DNA from: Harriotta raleighana
Lineage: Eukaryota
Assembly (NCBI GenBank): GCA_050575255.1
Contig: JBNZDD010013670.1
Coordinates: forward strand, 3,513,457-3,577,456
Reading direction: 5' to 3'
DNA: 64,000 bases
Position 1 is the stretch's first letter; each line of letters starts with the position of its first letter. This document shows positions 37,188-49,450 of this stretch, in pieces. The notes under the pieces are model-generated. The model saw only the letters and a program-made list of their open reading frames with translations. It did no database searches and was not told where the DNA came from. Position numbers and translations under genes: made by a program.

Positions 37188-37553
37188 TATAATAATCCTT
37201 GCATTTGATGCAGCACTTTTCATGTCTTCTAGATGTCTCAAAGCACTTCACAGAATACAACAACAACAGCAACAAAATTACATTTATAGAGTGCCTTTCA
37301 CATTCGGAGGACTGTAAAGTGTAAAGTGTACTGTAAAATGAATTGATTGGGCGAAACGTGGCAGCGAACTGCGCCCAGCAATGTCCCACTAACAGCCATG
37401 GTTTGAAGTGGGACAAAATGGCAATAATCTTGAGTGATTACTATCAGGCGTGTAGAGTAAGGAAACTTCCCCAATTTATCGCCCTGTCTGCAATCGAACC
37501 CACGTCTCTTGCCTGCAAGGCGAGTTCTCTAATCACCGTGCTACAGGACTCCA
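37188..37553 (-). mobile_element. Young SINE subfamily B with nested L2 tail (~37258-37312)
   Basis: SINE body interrupted after CACAGAATA by CAACAACAACAGCAACAAAATTACATTTATAGAGTGCCTTTCACATTCGGAGGAC. Confidence 0.9.
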
Positions 37554-38271
37554 AAACATATTTGATAGGTGCTTTGATGGTTTATAGAGTAAAAATCCTA
37601 TCTGGGTTCAAATCCTTGTATGTGCTGAGTTAAATGATCTGACCTGTGGCAGCAGTTGAGATGCTTCAATTGTCTATTGTGCCTCTAGCTTAAGTGGGGG
37701 GAAACAAATCAGCCAGAGCTCCTGCTTGCTATGCTATAACATTCATTTGTGCAGATACTGGACTAAAATTCCACCCAGTCTTAGGCTGTAAGACAATTTG
37801 GGGTTAAAATTTAAGATTGCACAGATTTGCAGAAAATTCTTAAATTCAGCCTCGATTTAGGAACCGGTTCTTTTTAAGCATTGAGGAAAGTACATCTTAC
37901 ATATTAAGGCAGAATTTGCAGATACTGAGCTATCTAAAAAAAATTAGGCAAAATGCTCCCACAAAGTATGACTTGATGGGATTTGGGGTCCTTCAGGTAA
38001 GCACTCTTTCAATAGGTGACCAAACTCATTGTCAGTGCTCACAACATAATTCATTGTCACTTGACATTGACCCGGAGAATCAAAAGTGAGTTAGAAACAA
38101 GCTCCAGGTGAAGGAACAAATGGGAAGAAATTCTACCTGGGCCTAAACTCACACTATTTATTTAGCATTTTCAGATAGACCAGCATCTATCAAATTTTTG
38201 AATTTAGTCTTAACTTTGAAGTTATTTTTTGTTGTCCTTCAAACCCATCAGTTCTAAAACTAATTTTCAAT

Positions 38272-38455
38272 AATACTAATCTTTGCATTGAACTTCCGAT
38301 GATGTTGTTGGAACGTCTTAAAGAGCTTCACAGGGTTTGTACATTGTAGCATCGCACTGGAGGGTCAGCCTAGATTATCACCCCTTGATGTGCTTCAAGC
38401 CACAACCCTGTAGCTCAGAGGCAAGGCAAGGCTGACACATGAGCTAGGCTGATAT
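38272..38455 (-). mobile_element. Old SacSINE1-like SINE, internally deleted
   Basis: GCACTGGAGGGTCAGCCTAGATTAT..CTTCAAGCCACAACCCTGTAGCTCAGAGGCAAG. Confidence 0.65.
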
Positions 38456-38701
38456 CCGAGACTCTATTTTAAACTAAGATTTTATTCACAAAATTTGGGA
38501 TGCTCTAAAATGCTCCATAAATAGAAGACAGATGAAATTTCTCTGCAGAGGAGTGAAAAATGTAAGAAAAAATTGGCAAGAAAAACATTGAAGGAATTGG
38601 GTTGACCAGAATGAATACACTGACTCCATCACACCATGAAGAGTAAAGTGCACCTACATGACATGCAGTTGTGTAAATATAATTTTCTGCCAGCTTTTGA
38701 T

Positions 38702-38990
38702 AGTAATAATAATAATCCTCGCATTTGATATAGTGCTTTTCAGTCTTAAAGTTCTTCACAGAATATACTGTAAAGTGAATTGACTGTATATTTGTGGGAG
38801 AAACGTGGCAGCCAATTGCGCATAACAGAGTGCCACAAACAGTGGATTGATGTGCCCAATTTTTTCTTTTTTTCTTGAAGGATTATTATAAAACATGCGG
38901 AGTAAGAAAGCTTGCCCAAGGTTTCACTCTGCTGGGAATCACACCCAGGTCTGTCACTTGTAAGATGAGTGCTCTAACCACTGAGCTATA
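38702..38990 (-). mobile_element. Young SINE subfamily B
   Basis: Minus head TATAGCTCAGTGGTTAGAGCACTCATCTTACAAGTGACAGACCTGGG; full body and tail. Confidence 0.9.
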
Positions 38991-40604
38991 TTATAGAATA
39001 AAAAATATTGCGAATCAACCCACCATGGCTACAAGCAAATGATCTATTATTCCACTTAGATTAAAAAAGACTTCATAATGAGTACACAAATATGTAACTA
39101 AGTTAGTGGATGAGTCAAATTACCATAGTTACCCTATTTATAAATAAATATTGACACAGTACCTTGTTGAAAGCTATATCTAATAAAATATTGGATATAT
39201 TGTAAGAAGCTGAGTGGTCTATTTACCAATATTATTTCTTGATGGAGTTCTTAATTAATGGACCCAGAGGTCCATGATACAAACTCATATCAATGTCTCT
39301 GTAGCTCAATCTATTTGAACAGTATGATTCATTTCAGTTGGAATGGCTTTACTTCAAATTCTGAAGTCTCTGCCAACAATCCCTACCCACCAGTAAGATT
39401 TGGTGTTTAACTTCATGGCTATTTGTGGAATATTACTATGTGCAAATTGTCTGCTGCATTTCTCTACAAAATGTACCATCACTGATGTGACTAATAAAAA
39501 AGAGAGAAATTATATATTTTGACGTAGGTTGTGCAATTGATCAGATGATTTAGGGTTTTGGTTTGAAATAGCAATCTGACTGAAAACCTGTTAAATCAAA
39601 AATCCACTGATTCAGCAAGATGTGCATAGAACTTGTGCACAATATATACAGGATTTTTGGAATTTTACTTCAGTAATTGTAATACAAGACTTACATACTT
39701 AATGTTGGTTACAATACACAGACACAGTCCTTCAATGCACTTTACAAGACTGGTGTTGATGGTTATACAGTAATATATGGCGGTTAACAGTAATTAAAGT
39801 TGACGCATATTGACTTAATGTGGCGTATCCAAATGGTAGAACTGGTCATGCAAAGGGTTAATCAAGTTCTTTTTGCAAATTTAACTGTGTGGATAATGAT
39901 GACAGTCTAGGGTGATCAAGGTCAGGTTTATTTCCGTCTTGGTAGAGTGGAGAGTCCCAGAGCCAGTGGGGATGTGGTGGAGATTGGGAAATTTGAGCTA
40001 TTGCACTGTGCAAAATGCAATTGAGTGGGATCATAGGAACCATAGTTCAGAGTTAATTATGCAGGAAGCATCAGCTTGAATGATTCATCAATTTAACCTA
40101 CCCATATATGATAAGAGTGTCATAAAAGTTATCTTTTGATTCTAAAACTTTTAAATAGAGTTATACGACTCGTATACTCATAATTTCAGTCCATATCAAT
40201 GCATTGTGGAGCCTGGTAGTCTGCAATGGGTTGGGCTCAACAAATAATTGCAGATAATCAAACTTGCTGACAAATATCTTGACCATTGTAAAGAAATTGG
40301 TAGATCAGGGTGAGATGCAAATCAGTTAATCTGTACTTAGTTGGTATGACTTGGTTAAGTATAGTGAACATTAAGGCCGTGAACATCTTTTCTGTGCACT
40401 GTGACTCACAGTGAAAAAAATTGGAAACATACAAATAAATAAATCAGCAGTTCACTGCATGCAAGCAAATGGGCTGCATTTCTTGTACCTGGAACAACTT
40501 CAGATGTACAAATGTGCACCATAGAGTTATTGCACAACTTAATTACGTAGCAAATGGTTCATAGATTATTATCGTTTCATAGTTAGAACTAAGGTTAATA
40601 AAAA

Positions 40605-43178
40605 GAATCCTTGCATTTGATATAGAGCTTTTCACATCCTTTAGAACATAAGAATTAGGAGCAGGAGTAGGCAATTTGGCCCCTCGAGCCTGCCCCGCCA
40701 TTCAATAACATCAAGGCTGATCTATTCTAACTTCACCTACCCACCTTATCTCCAGATCCCTTAATCCCTTTATCCACAAGAAATCTGTCAATCTCAGTCT
40801 TGAATATGTTCAAGGACTGAGCATCTACAGCCCTTTGGAGTAGAGAATTACATAAATTCACTACCCTCTGAGTGAAGAAATTTTTTCTCAACTTGGTGCG
40901 AATTGGCTGACCCTTAATTTTACGTCTGTGACCCCTGGTTTTAGTTTCTCCAACCAGGGGAAAAAGTCTCCCATTATTTATTCTGTCTTGCCCCTTAATA
41001 ATCTTACAGATTTCCATAAAATCTCCTCTCATTCTTGTATATAGGCCTAGATTACTCAATTTATCCTCGTAGCTCTTCCCCCTCTCCCCAATTACCAACC
41101 TAGTGAATCTACGTTGTACCAACTCCAAGGCGAGTACATCCTTTCTTAAATAAGNTCTAGAGAATATAGGCCTAGATTACTCAATTTATCCTCGTAGCTC
41201 TTCCCCCTCTCCCCAATTACCAACCTAGTGAATCTACGTTGTACCAACTCCAAGGCGAGTACATCCTTTCTTAAATAACTGCACACAATATTCCAGGTGG
41301 GGTATCATCAGGATCCTATACAGCTGCAGCAAGACTTCCCTACTCTTATATTCTAACCCTTTTGTAACGATTGCCAACATACCGTGAACCTTCCTAATTG
41401 CTTGTTGCAAACTAACGTTTTGGTGTACAACGACACCCAAGTCCCTCTAAACACTAACACTATCTATTCTCTTGCCTTCTAAAAAATAATCTGCTCTCCT
41501 GTTTTTGCCACCTAGGTGGATGATTTCACACTTCCCTACATTATACTTCNCGTGAACCTTCCTAATTGCTTGTTGCAAACTAACGTTTTGGTGTACAACG
41601 ACACCCAAGTCCCTCTAAACACTAACACTATCTATTCTCTTGCCTTCTAAAAAATAATNTGTGAACCTTCCTAATTGCTTGTTGCAAACTAACTTTTTGG
41701 TGTACAACGACACCCATGTCCCTCTAAACACTAACACTATCTATTCTCTTGCCTTCTAAAAAATAATCTGCTCTCCTGTTTTTGCCACCTAGGTGGATGA
41801 TTTCACACTTCCCTACATTATACTTCAACTGCCACCTACTTGCCCACTCACCTAGCCTATCAATATCACGTTGCATTTTTTTAATGTCACCCTCGATGTT
41901 TACTCTCCCTCCTAGTTTAGTGTCATCCATGAATTTGGATATGTTAAGTTCGATGTCCTCATCTGGATCATTGATGTAGATTGTAAATAGTTGAGGTCCA
42001 AGCACTGATCCTTGTGGCACTCCACTAGTCACATCCCGCCAATCTGAGAAGGACCCATTTATCCCTACTCTTTGTTTTCTTTCCGTTAGCCATTCTTCAA
42101 TCCATGCTAATATATTCCCCTTAATTCCATGGGCCTTTATCTTTATCTTAACCTTTTATACGGCACCTCATCGAATGCCTTTTGGAAATCTAAATACACT
42201 ACATCTACTGATTTCCCCTATCTAATCTACTTGATATGTCCTTAAAAAAATCTAAATGATTTGTTAAGCATGACTTCCCTTTTGTGAAGCTATGTTGACT
42301 CTGTCTAATCATATTGTGATCCTCCAAGTACCCCACTACGACATCCTTAATTAAGGATTCTAGAATATTCCCTACCACTGATGTCAGACTAACTGGTCTA
42401 TAGTTCCCATCTTTTCTTTCCCACCCTTCTTAAATAATGGTATGACGTTTGCGATCTTCCAATCCATGGGGACCTTTCCAGAATCCAAAGAATTTTGGAA
42501 GATCACACAGAAGGTCTCCACTGTCTCATGAACCACCTCTTTTAAGACCCTAAAATGCAATCCATCAGGTCCAGGGGATTTGTCACTTTTTAATGCCGAC
42601 AATTTCTCTAGCACCAATTCTTTGCTGATGTATATTTCCCTAGATTGTTCCCTATCATTAGCCCCTTGGTTCATCTCTATTTTCAGCAAACTTTTTGTGT
42701 CTTCTAATGTGAAGACAGAAGCAAAGTATTTATTTAGGGACTCTGCCGTATTCTTATCCCCCATTATAATTTCTCTTGTCTCTGCCTTTAAGGACCCACA
42801 TTTACTTTCACTAGCCTATTCCTCTTAATATATTTATAAAAACTCTTACAATCTGATTTATTGTTCCTAGCTAGCTTGCCCTCTTAATCCATTTTCTCAG
42901 TCTTAATGAGCTTTTGGGTTTTTCTTTGTTGGTTCCTAAAGCACTCCCAGTCCTCAGGTTTGCTGCTTTTTTTTTGGCAGTTTTATAGGCCTTTTCTTTT
43001 TGTTTTATACTTTCCCTAACTGCTCTAGTTAGCCACGGATGAACTGCTTTCCCTGTGGTACTCTTATTCCTCAAGGGAATTATGCACTGCAACTTTAAAT
43101 GTTTACCATTGTTGAAGTCTCAAAGCGCTTCACAGAATATACTGTAAAGTGATTTGACTGTATATTTGTGGGTGAAAG
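40605..43178 (-). mobile_element. Young SINE 3' half split by the CR1 (SINE parts 40605-40642 and 43114-43178)
   Basis: AATCCTTGCATTTGATATAGAGCTTTTCACATCC [CR1] GAAGTCTCAAAGCGCTTCACAGAATATACTGTAAAGTG rejoins into a contiguous SINE. Confidence 0.85.
40643..43113 (-). mobile_element. CR1-clade LINE (HER1-type), 5'-truncated ORF2 with RT domain, frameshifted
   Basis: HPWLTRAVRESIKQKEKAY; LNKYFASVFT..KSPGPDGLH..DWKIANVIPLFKKG; [32 protein letters not shown]; PHLEYCVQ; ELVQRRFTRL..NFFTQRVVNL; tail CTCCTAATTCTTATGTTCT; inflated by three N-join duplications. Confidence 0.96.
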
Positions 43179-43764
43179 GTTCCATAAAACAGGAAGATTT
43201 TTCGTTGTGTGACTAATACAGGATTAGTTTTTTTAAACAAGATAATATAAGCAATTAAACCAGTTTATTAGATGTGGAGGCCAAAGAGCGTTAATACATT
43301 ATACTACTGACCTTTGCTCTGCATTCAGTTTAAGGTTTTCTATTTTTACCTTTACATGCCAGCGGGGTTTCAGGGAAAATTAATATACAGTTGTTGGTTC
43401 ACCTCTGCTTTGTACAAGCAGAATTATACTAACACAAAATTGGATTAAGAGTGACATTAGGATGTATTTCACTGTCTGATCCAAAGAATATCTCAAGCTT
43501 TTTTCCCCTAATTATGGTTCCACTTCCCCTCTTACTTCTTCTCTCCTGTAGATGGTGACACATACTGGACTGGGTTTCATTCCTTGCAGTACATTATCTA
43601 AGTGGGCAGTTTTTATTTTTTTGTGCCTTAACTACAGAAATATTTGGGGCATTTCATTATGCATACAGAGTGACAGATATTTATGACATTTTCTGCCATT
43701 TCCAAAGATCCACTGATTCAGCAAGATGTTCGCAGAACTTGTGCACAAAGAATGAAATACAAGT

Positions 43765-44180
43765 GTGGCAGCCTGGCTAAGCACTCTCGCCTCTGAGTCA
43801 GAAAATTATGGGTTCAACCCTTGTGTCAAGACTTTTGACACATCTAATCTAGGCCGACACTCCAATGCAGGCATTTTACATTGCTTCATCCTTTAGATGA
43901 AATGTTAAACAGAGATCCCATATGCCTGTTCAAGTGGACATTTGTGATCCTATGACTATTCGCAAAGGGAAGGGAGTTCCTCCCTCTGCGTTGTCCATCA
44001 ATTCACCAATTAAAAACAATGGTCTTTCAATTCATGGCTGATTGTGGAACATTGCTGTGCACCACTTGTCTGCTGGGTCACCTAAAAAATACAAGGTCAC
44101 TACACTTATATCCTGCAAAGCAGTTTGAGGCATGTCATCAACATGATAAGGCATTACTGTATATAAAATGCAAGGATTAT
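43765..44180 (+). mobile_element. Old SacSINE1-like Deu-domain SINE, near full length
   Basis: GCACTCTCGCCTCTGAGTCAGAAAATTATGGGTTCAA..TCTAGGCCGACACTCCAATGCAG..AGATGAAATGTTAAAC..TTGCTGTGCAC..AAATGCAAGGATTAT. Confidence 0.75.
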
Positions 44181-44554
44181 AAGTGAATACCCTCCCCTGA
44201 CTTCCACATATTGGATGCAGCCTCTGCTTATTCCTCTAAATCACAGGGTTACTCGTGAGGAATTTTCTGCTTCAGTGCTGTTCCTGATAATAGTGTTTAA
44301 CAGCTGAATGCAGCTAGAGCAAGTTATTGACTTAGTTCGGTTGGTATCCTGTAAAGCAGCAATCAAGCCCAGACTCCTGAGCCAACACTAAAGTCACTCA
44401 GGCATTGTGTCACAAAGTCCAAAGTGTCAGCATTTTATATTCACAGGGTGCGTCCAATGCCACACTTTATTCAAAAGGATACTTCTAGTTTGTTTAAGTA
44501 GGATGGAGTAAGTGTCTGCTTATAGAGCCATTGTTTGAGAATTTATCTACAATA

Positions 44555-44725
44555 CCGGCTTTTTTTGATCAGTCAGGTGATTGACACAAGCGGAAAAACA
44601 ATTACCATGTTTAAGAGTATCCAAACCAAATTAAAGCTTCTACACATCACACCTACACATGGAAATTCCTGTGCTTTGGAATAGAATGTGTACTCTTTCC
44701 CTGGAGGGATGATTCCTGTTTATAT
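44555..44725 (+). repeat. Unclassified old repeat U1, truncated by a SINE
   Basis: TTTTTTGATCAGTCAGG..TGACACAAGCGGAAAAAC..TTAAGAGTATCCAAACC..ATGGAAATTCC..GGAATAGAATGTG..CCCTGGAG. Confidence 0.75.
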
Positions 44726-44729
44726 CATT

Positions 44730-45051
44730 TGGAGTACAGTACTGTAGCTCAGCCATTGGTCAGAGCATTCGCCTTGTAAGCGAGAGCCCTGGGTTCAATT
44801 CCAGGCAGAATGAAACCGTGGACAAGTTTCCTTCCTCCACACACCTAATAATAATCCCTAAAACAACCCAATAAATTGTTCATTTTCAATCCACGACTTT
44901 TTGTGGGATACTGCTGTGCGCAATTGGCTGCCGCATTTCATCTGCATATATACAGCCAATTCACTTTACAATATATACTGTGAAGTGCTTTGTGCTATCT
45001 AGAAGACAAGAAAAGCGCTATATCAAATGCAAGATTAATATTATTATTATA
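44730..45051 (+). mobile_element. Young SINE subfamily B
   Basis: CTGTAGCTCAG..AGAGCATTCGCCTTGTAAGCGAGAGCCCTGGGTTCAATTCC; body and (ATT)n tail. Confidence 0.9.
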
Positions 45052-45287
45052 ATTCTGGGGATTATTATTAGGCTCAGGCTGAAAGGTGTGTACTGTACTT
45101 GGGGATCCCAGAGAATGTTTTAAAAAATAACCCTGGAGTGAAACCAGCTAAAACTACACACAAAATACACAGTCACTACACTTTACAGTATATGCTGTGA
45201 AGAGCTTTGAGATCTTACATTTGAGCGCTCCTCAGTCACGTGGAATTTTTTCTTCATGGGATCAAAATGTATATATTTACGCTAATA

Positions 45288-45619
45288 TGGAGTGCTATAG
45301 CTCAGTGGTCAGAGCCCTTGCCTCGCAGGCCAGAATGCTGGGTTTGATTGCCGGCAGGGTAAAACTTTGGACAAGTTTCCTTACTCCACAAACCCCAGTT
45401 TACCTGGCAGTAAGTAGGATCTTCGTTTTTAGGGGGTAATAATTCCTTTAAAAAATTAAAAATAAATTGATCACTTAATCCACGAGTGTTTGTGGGCACT
45501 GCTGTGCGCAATTAGTTGCCTTGTTTCGCTCAGAAAATATAGTCAATTTATTCTGTGGAGCACTTTGGGATGTCTTGAAGATGTGATAAGGCGCTATATC
45601 AAATGCAAGGATTATTAGT
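45288..45619 (+). mobile_element. Young SINE subfamily B with a short extra internal segment
   Basis: TGGAGTGCTATAGCTCAGTGGTCAGAGC..; extra CCCCAGTTTACCTGGCAGTAAGTAGGATC; tail GCGCTATATCAAATGCAAGGATTATT. Confidence 0.85.
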
Positions 45620-45824
45620 ATCATTGATGAATTTAGACCAATTATTGTTCTTTTATAGTCTCTTAGGATAGGATTATTTAAGCACTCGGAATTGGAACCG
45701 CCTTTGTCTGTTTTGTCTATAATGCCTCACTGGGATTGTGCCATGAGATGTGGGAGAGGGAGAGGAGTATTAAAATCTTGAATCACTGGGTCAAATTTGG
45801 GGATCTAAGTCTAAGATGACATCC

Positions 45825-46085
45825 AACTGAGGTCCGACTGCTTGTTCAGACTGATGTTAAAGATTCTATGTCACTGTTTGCAAAGAAAAGAGTTTCTCCT
45901 GGTGTCCTGGCCAACATTCTCCTGGATAAAATGGATTATTCCTTTGCTGTTTATGAGATATTGCTGTGAGAAATTGGCTGCTGACAAAATAGAAAATCAA
46001 TTTTACTGTACATTATTTCCTGTGAAGCGCTTTGAGATGTCTGAACTACATGATAAAGTTGTAAATCAAATGCAAGGATTATTAT
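45825..46085 (+). mobile_element. Old Deu-type SINE 3' half; similar pieces at ~48345-48585, 49665-49925, 51967-52222, 52695-52970 (all +)
   Basis: CTGCTTGTTCAGACTGATGTTAAAGATTC..GAGTTTCTCCTGGTGTCCTGGCCAACATT..TTGCTGTGAGAAATTGGCTGC..TGTGAAGCGCTTTGAGATG. Confidence 0.68.
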
Positions 46086-47286
46086 TCAATACAACATTTT
46101 ATGTATAGATATTTTATGTATAGATCTGTATAGATCAATAAAACAAAATTGTTCATTTTCCTCAGTTGTTTCAAAAATATTTTTTTCTCTTATCGAACAT
46201 GCACAAAAAATGGCATATTTGTTGTCAGTGCAGTACTAGAAATACTTTGCCAGATCAGAAGTAGTGGGTATCAGTTAGTTATTCAATCGAAATTCAGGTC
46301 AATGGTCAAGTGCAGTTACTGAGCTAGAGTAACTGCTCAGATTGTGCATGCCCCAAAGAAAGGGATAGCCTCTGAATAGGAGAGGAGTTAGAAACATTTC
46401 CTGCTGATCAGCTGCCTGGCTATCATCGGGGGTTTACATTCAGTATTGCCCTCACTTGAGCCATTCTTCAATGCAGTGAGAGGTTCCAGCTGTTAGCCAT
46501 CATATTGCCATTGACAGATCACAGCCAGTTCTGCTGACTACATTGTGGAAGAGATACATTGCAGACAAGCCTCCTGTAATTATGCATCTGAGTAAAGAAG
46601 TCAAACAGAGTGCTGCTACCTCAAACCGCCGATGTTAATCAGCAAAGAAAAAGTACACATTTGCTCAGTAAATAAAAATATTTTAAAATCCAACAGCTTT
46701 GTATCACTTTGTCCTAATGGCCTTGGATGTTCTTTGAGCATAAGCAATGAATGCTGGGCCTGCTGGCAGAGATGAATAAAAAAAGTAGTGTTTGTTGTTC
46801 TGGACACATCAATTTTCAGGTCTTCTTTCTATTCCAGTTTAACTCCACGCTTTTAGGATATAAAATCCCCCCAAATTTAAGAGGAATTGGAAACAACACT
46901 TTAAGTCAAGTGTTCACTGAGGAATAACTGAAAAATCTTACCAGAAAGCCTTAGTTCTTACAATGGCAGGGGACATTCCTACAATTTGGAGATGAATACA
47001 GATTTCTGGAGAAGATAAACTTTGTGTTACAACTGAGAAGACAAAAATTCAGAACTATATCACATTTGCTCATTGCATTAACATGAAATGCTTATTACCA
47101 GCTTTGCAACATCAACAGCAAAAGCAAAATTATATTTATAGAGTGCCTTTCACGTCGGGAGGACATCCCAAGACACTGAAATGAGGATTCAACTAGAGGA
47201 AACAACAGCAAATTTGAACAGATTCAGCTTGATTCTTCTCTAAATGTTTCCCGAATCCACATTCAATACAGGTTTGTCTTTTGGCT

Positions 47287-47750
47287 CCCCATCCCCCAGA
47301 GGATCGAATTCAAGATCCTCATCCTCACCTAGAAGGCCATTCACGGCCTTGCTCCCTCCTACCTCTCCGACCTACTATCCCCCTATCTACCTGCCCGTAC
47401 CCTCCGTTCCTCTGGCTCTGGTCTGCTCCACATCCCCTGCCCTAACCGTCCTACCATCGGCGGCCGGGCTTTCAGCCGCTCAGCCCCCAGGCTCTGGAAC
47501 TCCATCCCCCTGTGCCTTCGCCTCGCTTCCTCCCTTTCCTCTTTCAAGGCCGGTCACAAGACCTTTCTCTTCGACCGTGCCTTCAACTCCCCTCTCGAGT
47601 CGCTACCCCCTCCTTGCTCCCATCCTTCCCCTCCCTCGCCCTGAACATTTTCCCTTGCTCGGGTCCTGAACCAATCTGTCCAGCGCCTTGGGACGTCCTC
47701 CTGACGTGAAACGCGCTCTATAAGTGTAATTTTGTTGTTGTTGTTGTTGT
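47287..47750 (+). mobile_element. L2 LINE 3' fragment (relatively young, CpG-rich)
   Basis: Encodes IPQRIEFKILI..GGRAFSRSAPRLWNSIP..KTFLF; CAGCGCCTTGGGACGTCCTCCTGACGTGAAAC..GTAATTTTG(TTG)n. Confidence 0.92.
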
Positions 47751-48939
47751 CTTTATGTTGTGGAGGTATCACTCCAGTTGTGCAGCAGGCAGAATGGAGG
47801 CTGGAAATCTCATTGTATCTATTCTGTTTATTTCTTTCCATTTTGGGTGAATTCTTAACACACAAAGCTGCATTCAATTCTTCAATGTCCAGCAGATCAG
47901 TCATAACTCTTAGCATTAACTCTGCCTGTCACTTTCATATTCCAACCAAGCAAATGACCAANATTACAATGGTTGTGTCCAGCAGATCAGTCATAACTCT
48001 CAGCATTAACTCTGCCTGTCACTTTCATATTCCAACCAAGCAAATGACCAATATTGATGATTTCAGTCCAAATGCAAGCGTTCAAATGTCAGGCATGAGA
48101 TGGAGCTAGTTGGGTTGAACCATATAGCTTGTAATGCTACATAAACAACACATTCCAAGTTGCTGATGGCTACCTTGGCTGCTATTCTGCTGCATATTAC
48201 CGTGATTGACAAGCTGAAACCACTTCATTGTGTGTCACCAAATTTGCAACCGCACAATCTATATTGATTCTTCCTCTCAACCCCCTTCACACTCTCATTT
48301 CAAAATCCAAAGCAGCATTTTTGAATAAAACATCTGCTGGTCTACACCTGCCTTTTCAAGTAGATGTTAAAGATTCCATGACACTATTCGAAGAGAAGGG
48401 AGTTTCTGTTAGTTTCCTGGCCAACAATCCCCCTAAATAAAATGAGTCATTCACTGAATGGTTGTTTGTGGGACATTCCTGGGTACCTACAAAATACAGT
48501 AGGCAGTTTACAGTTAATCATGCAAAGCACTTTGTCTGTGATGTGTAAGGCATTGTATCAAATGAAAGATTATTCTTATTCTTATTATAACTTCATCCCC
48601 TCCCATGATACAGTGATTTCTGGAAAGGAGGAATTTGGGGAGTATGGTGGGAGGATGGTTGGGAAAAAGATAAGGAATAAGCCAAAAACTAATTAATGAA
48701 TTCTGAGAAGCTACAGTTATGTTCATTTAAATACCAATTAAATACAATTATCTTAAGATGTAAGAGTTTTATCAAACAAGTCTGTCCCATTTGCTTCATT
48801 AACAGCAGTTTCTCAACTCTGGTGCAATCAGAATGGTTGGCGGTTTGCACCTATCACAAAATGCCAGGCATGGCATCTCTTGAATTAACTCATGGATGAC
48901 AATTCATTTAAAGTCCACAAATAATAACAAGGACAAACG

Positions 48940-49130
48940 CATCAACTTGCATTTGTATAGCTCCCTTCCTATAATAAAATGGCTCTGAATACTTCACAAT
49001 AACGGGATTAGATGCTGAGTGAGGGAGAAGAGATAAGTTTTAAGGTGGGGATTAAATAAAGAGGGGAGGCAGAAGGGAAGAGACAGAGTGTTCCAGTGGT
49101 CAGGGGCACAGTGATTGAATGCTTGGTCAC
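48940..49130 (-). mobile_element. Old L2 3' end
   Basis: CAACTTGCATTTGTATAGC..ACTTCACAATAACGGG..GAGTGTTCCAG; compare 28421. Confidence 0.5.
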
Positions 49131-49450
49131 ACAAGTATAATTTATGCATTCATATCATAATAATTAGAATATAAATTAATTTAAATAACTTTTAATTGGT
49201 TCCACATGATATTTCATTCTGATCAAATGGGTTATACCTTCATAGCTCAAATTTAGTAAATATGGAGAAATACCCCTGTTATTACAAAGCTACACTGTAC
49301 TGTACTGTAATTTTGCTATAAAATTTGTTTCAGAAAGTGTGTAAGTGAAATACAATTAGGTTGGAATGAAATGGTTTATGGAAATGGATAGAAAGTTTGT
49401 AGAAAAATCATAACCACATTCACCTCTGTAACTGATGTACATGGGCCAAC

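Noticed and set aside
41382-41830. Apparent triple tandem repeat inside the CR1
   Set aside because: Copies are separated by single Ns (41550, 41659) and are near-identical: assembly artefact.
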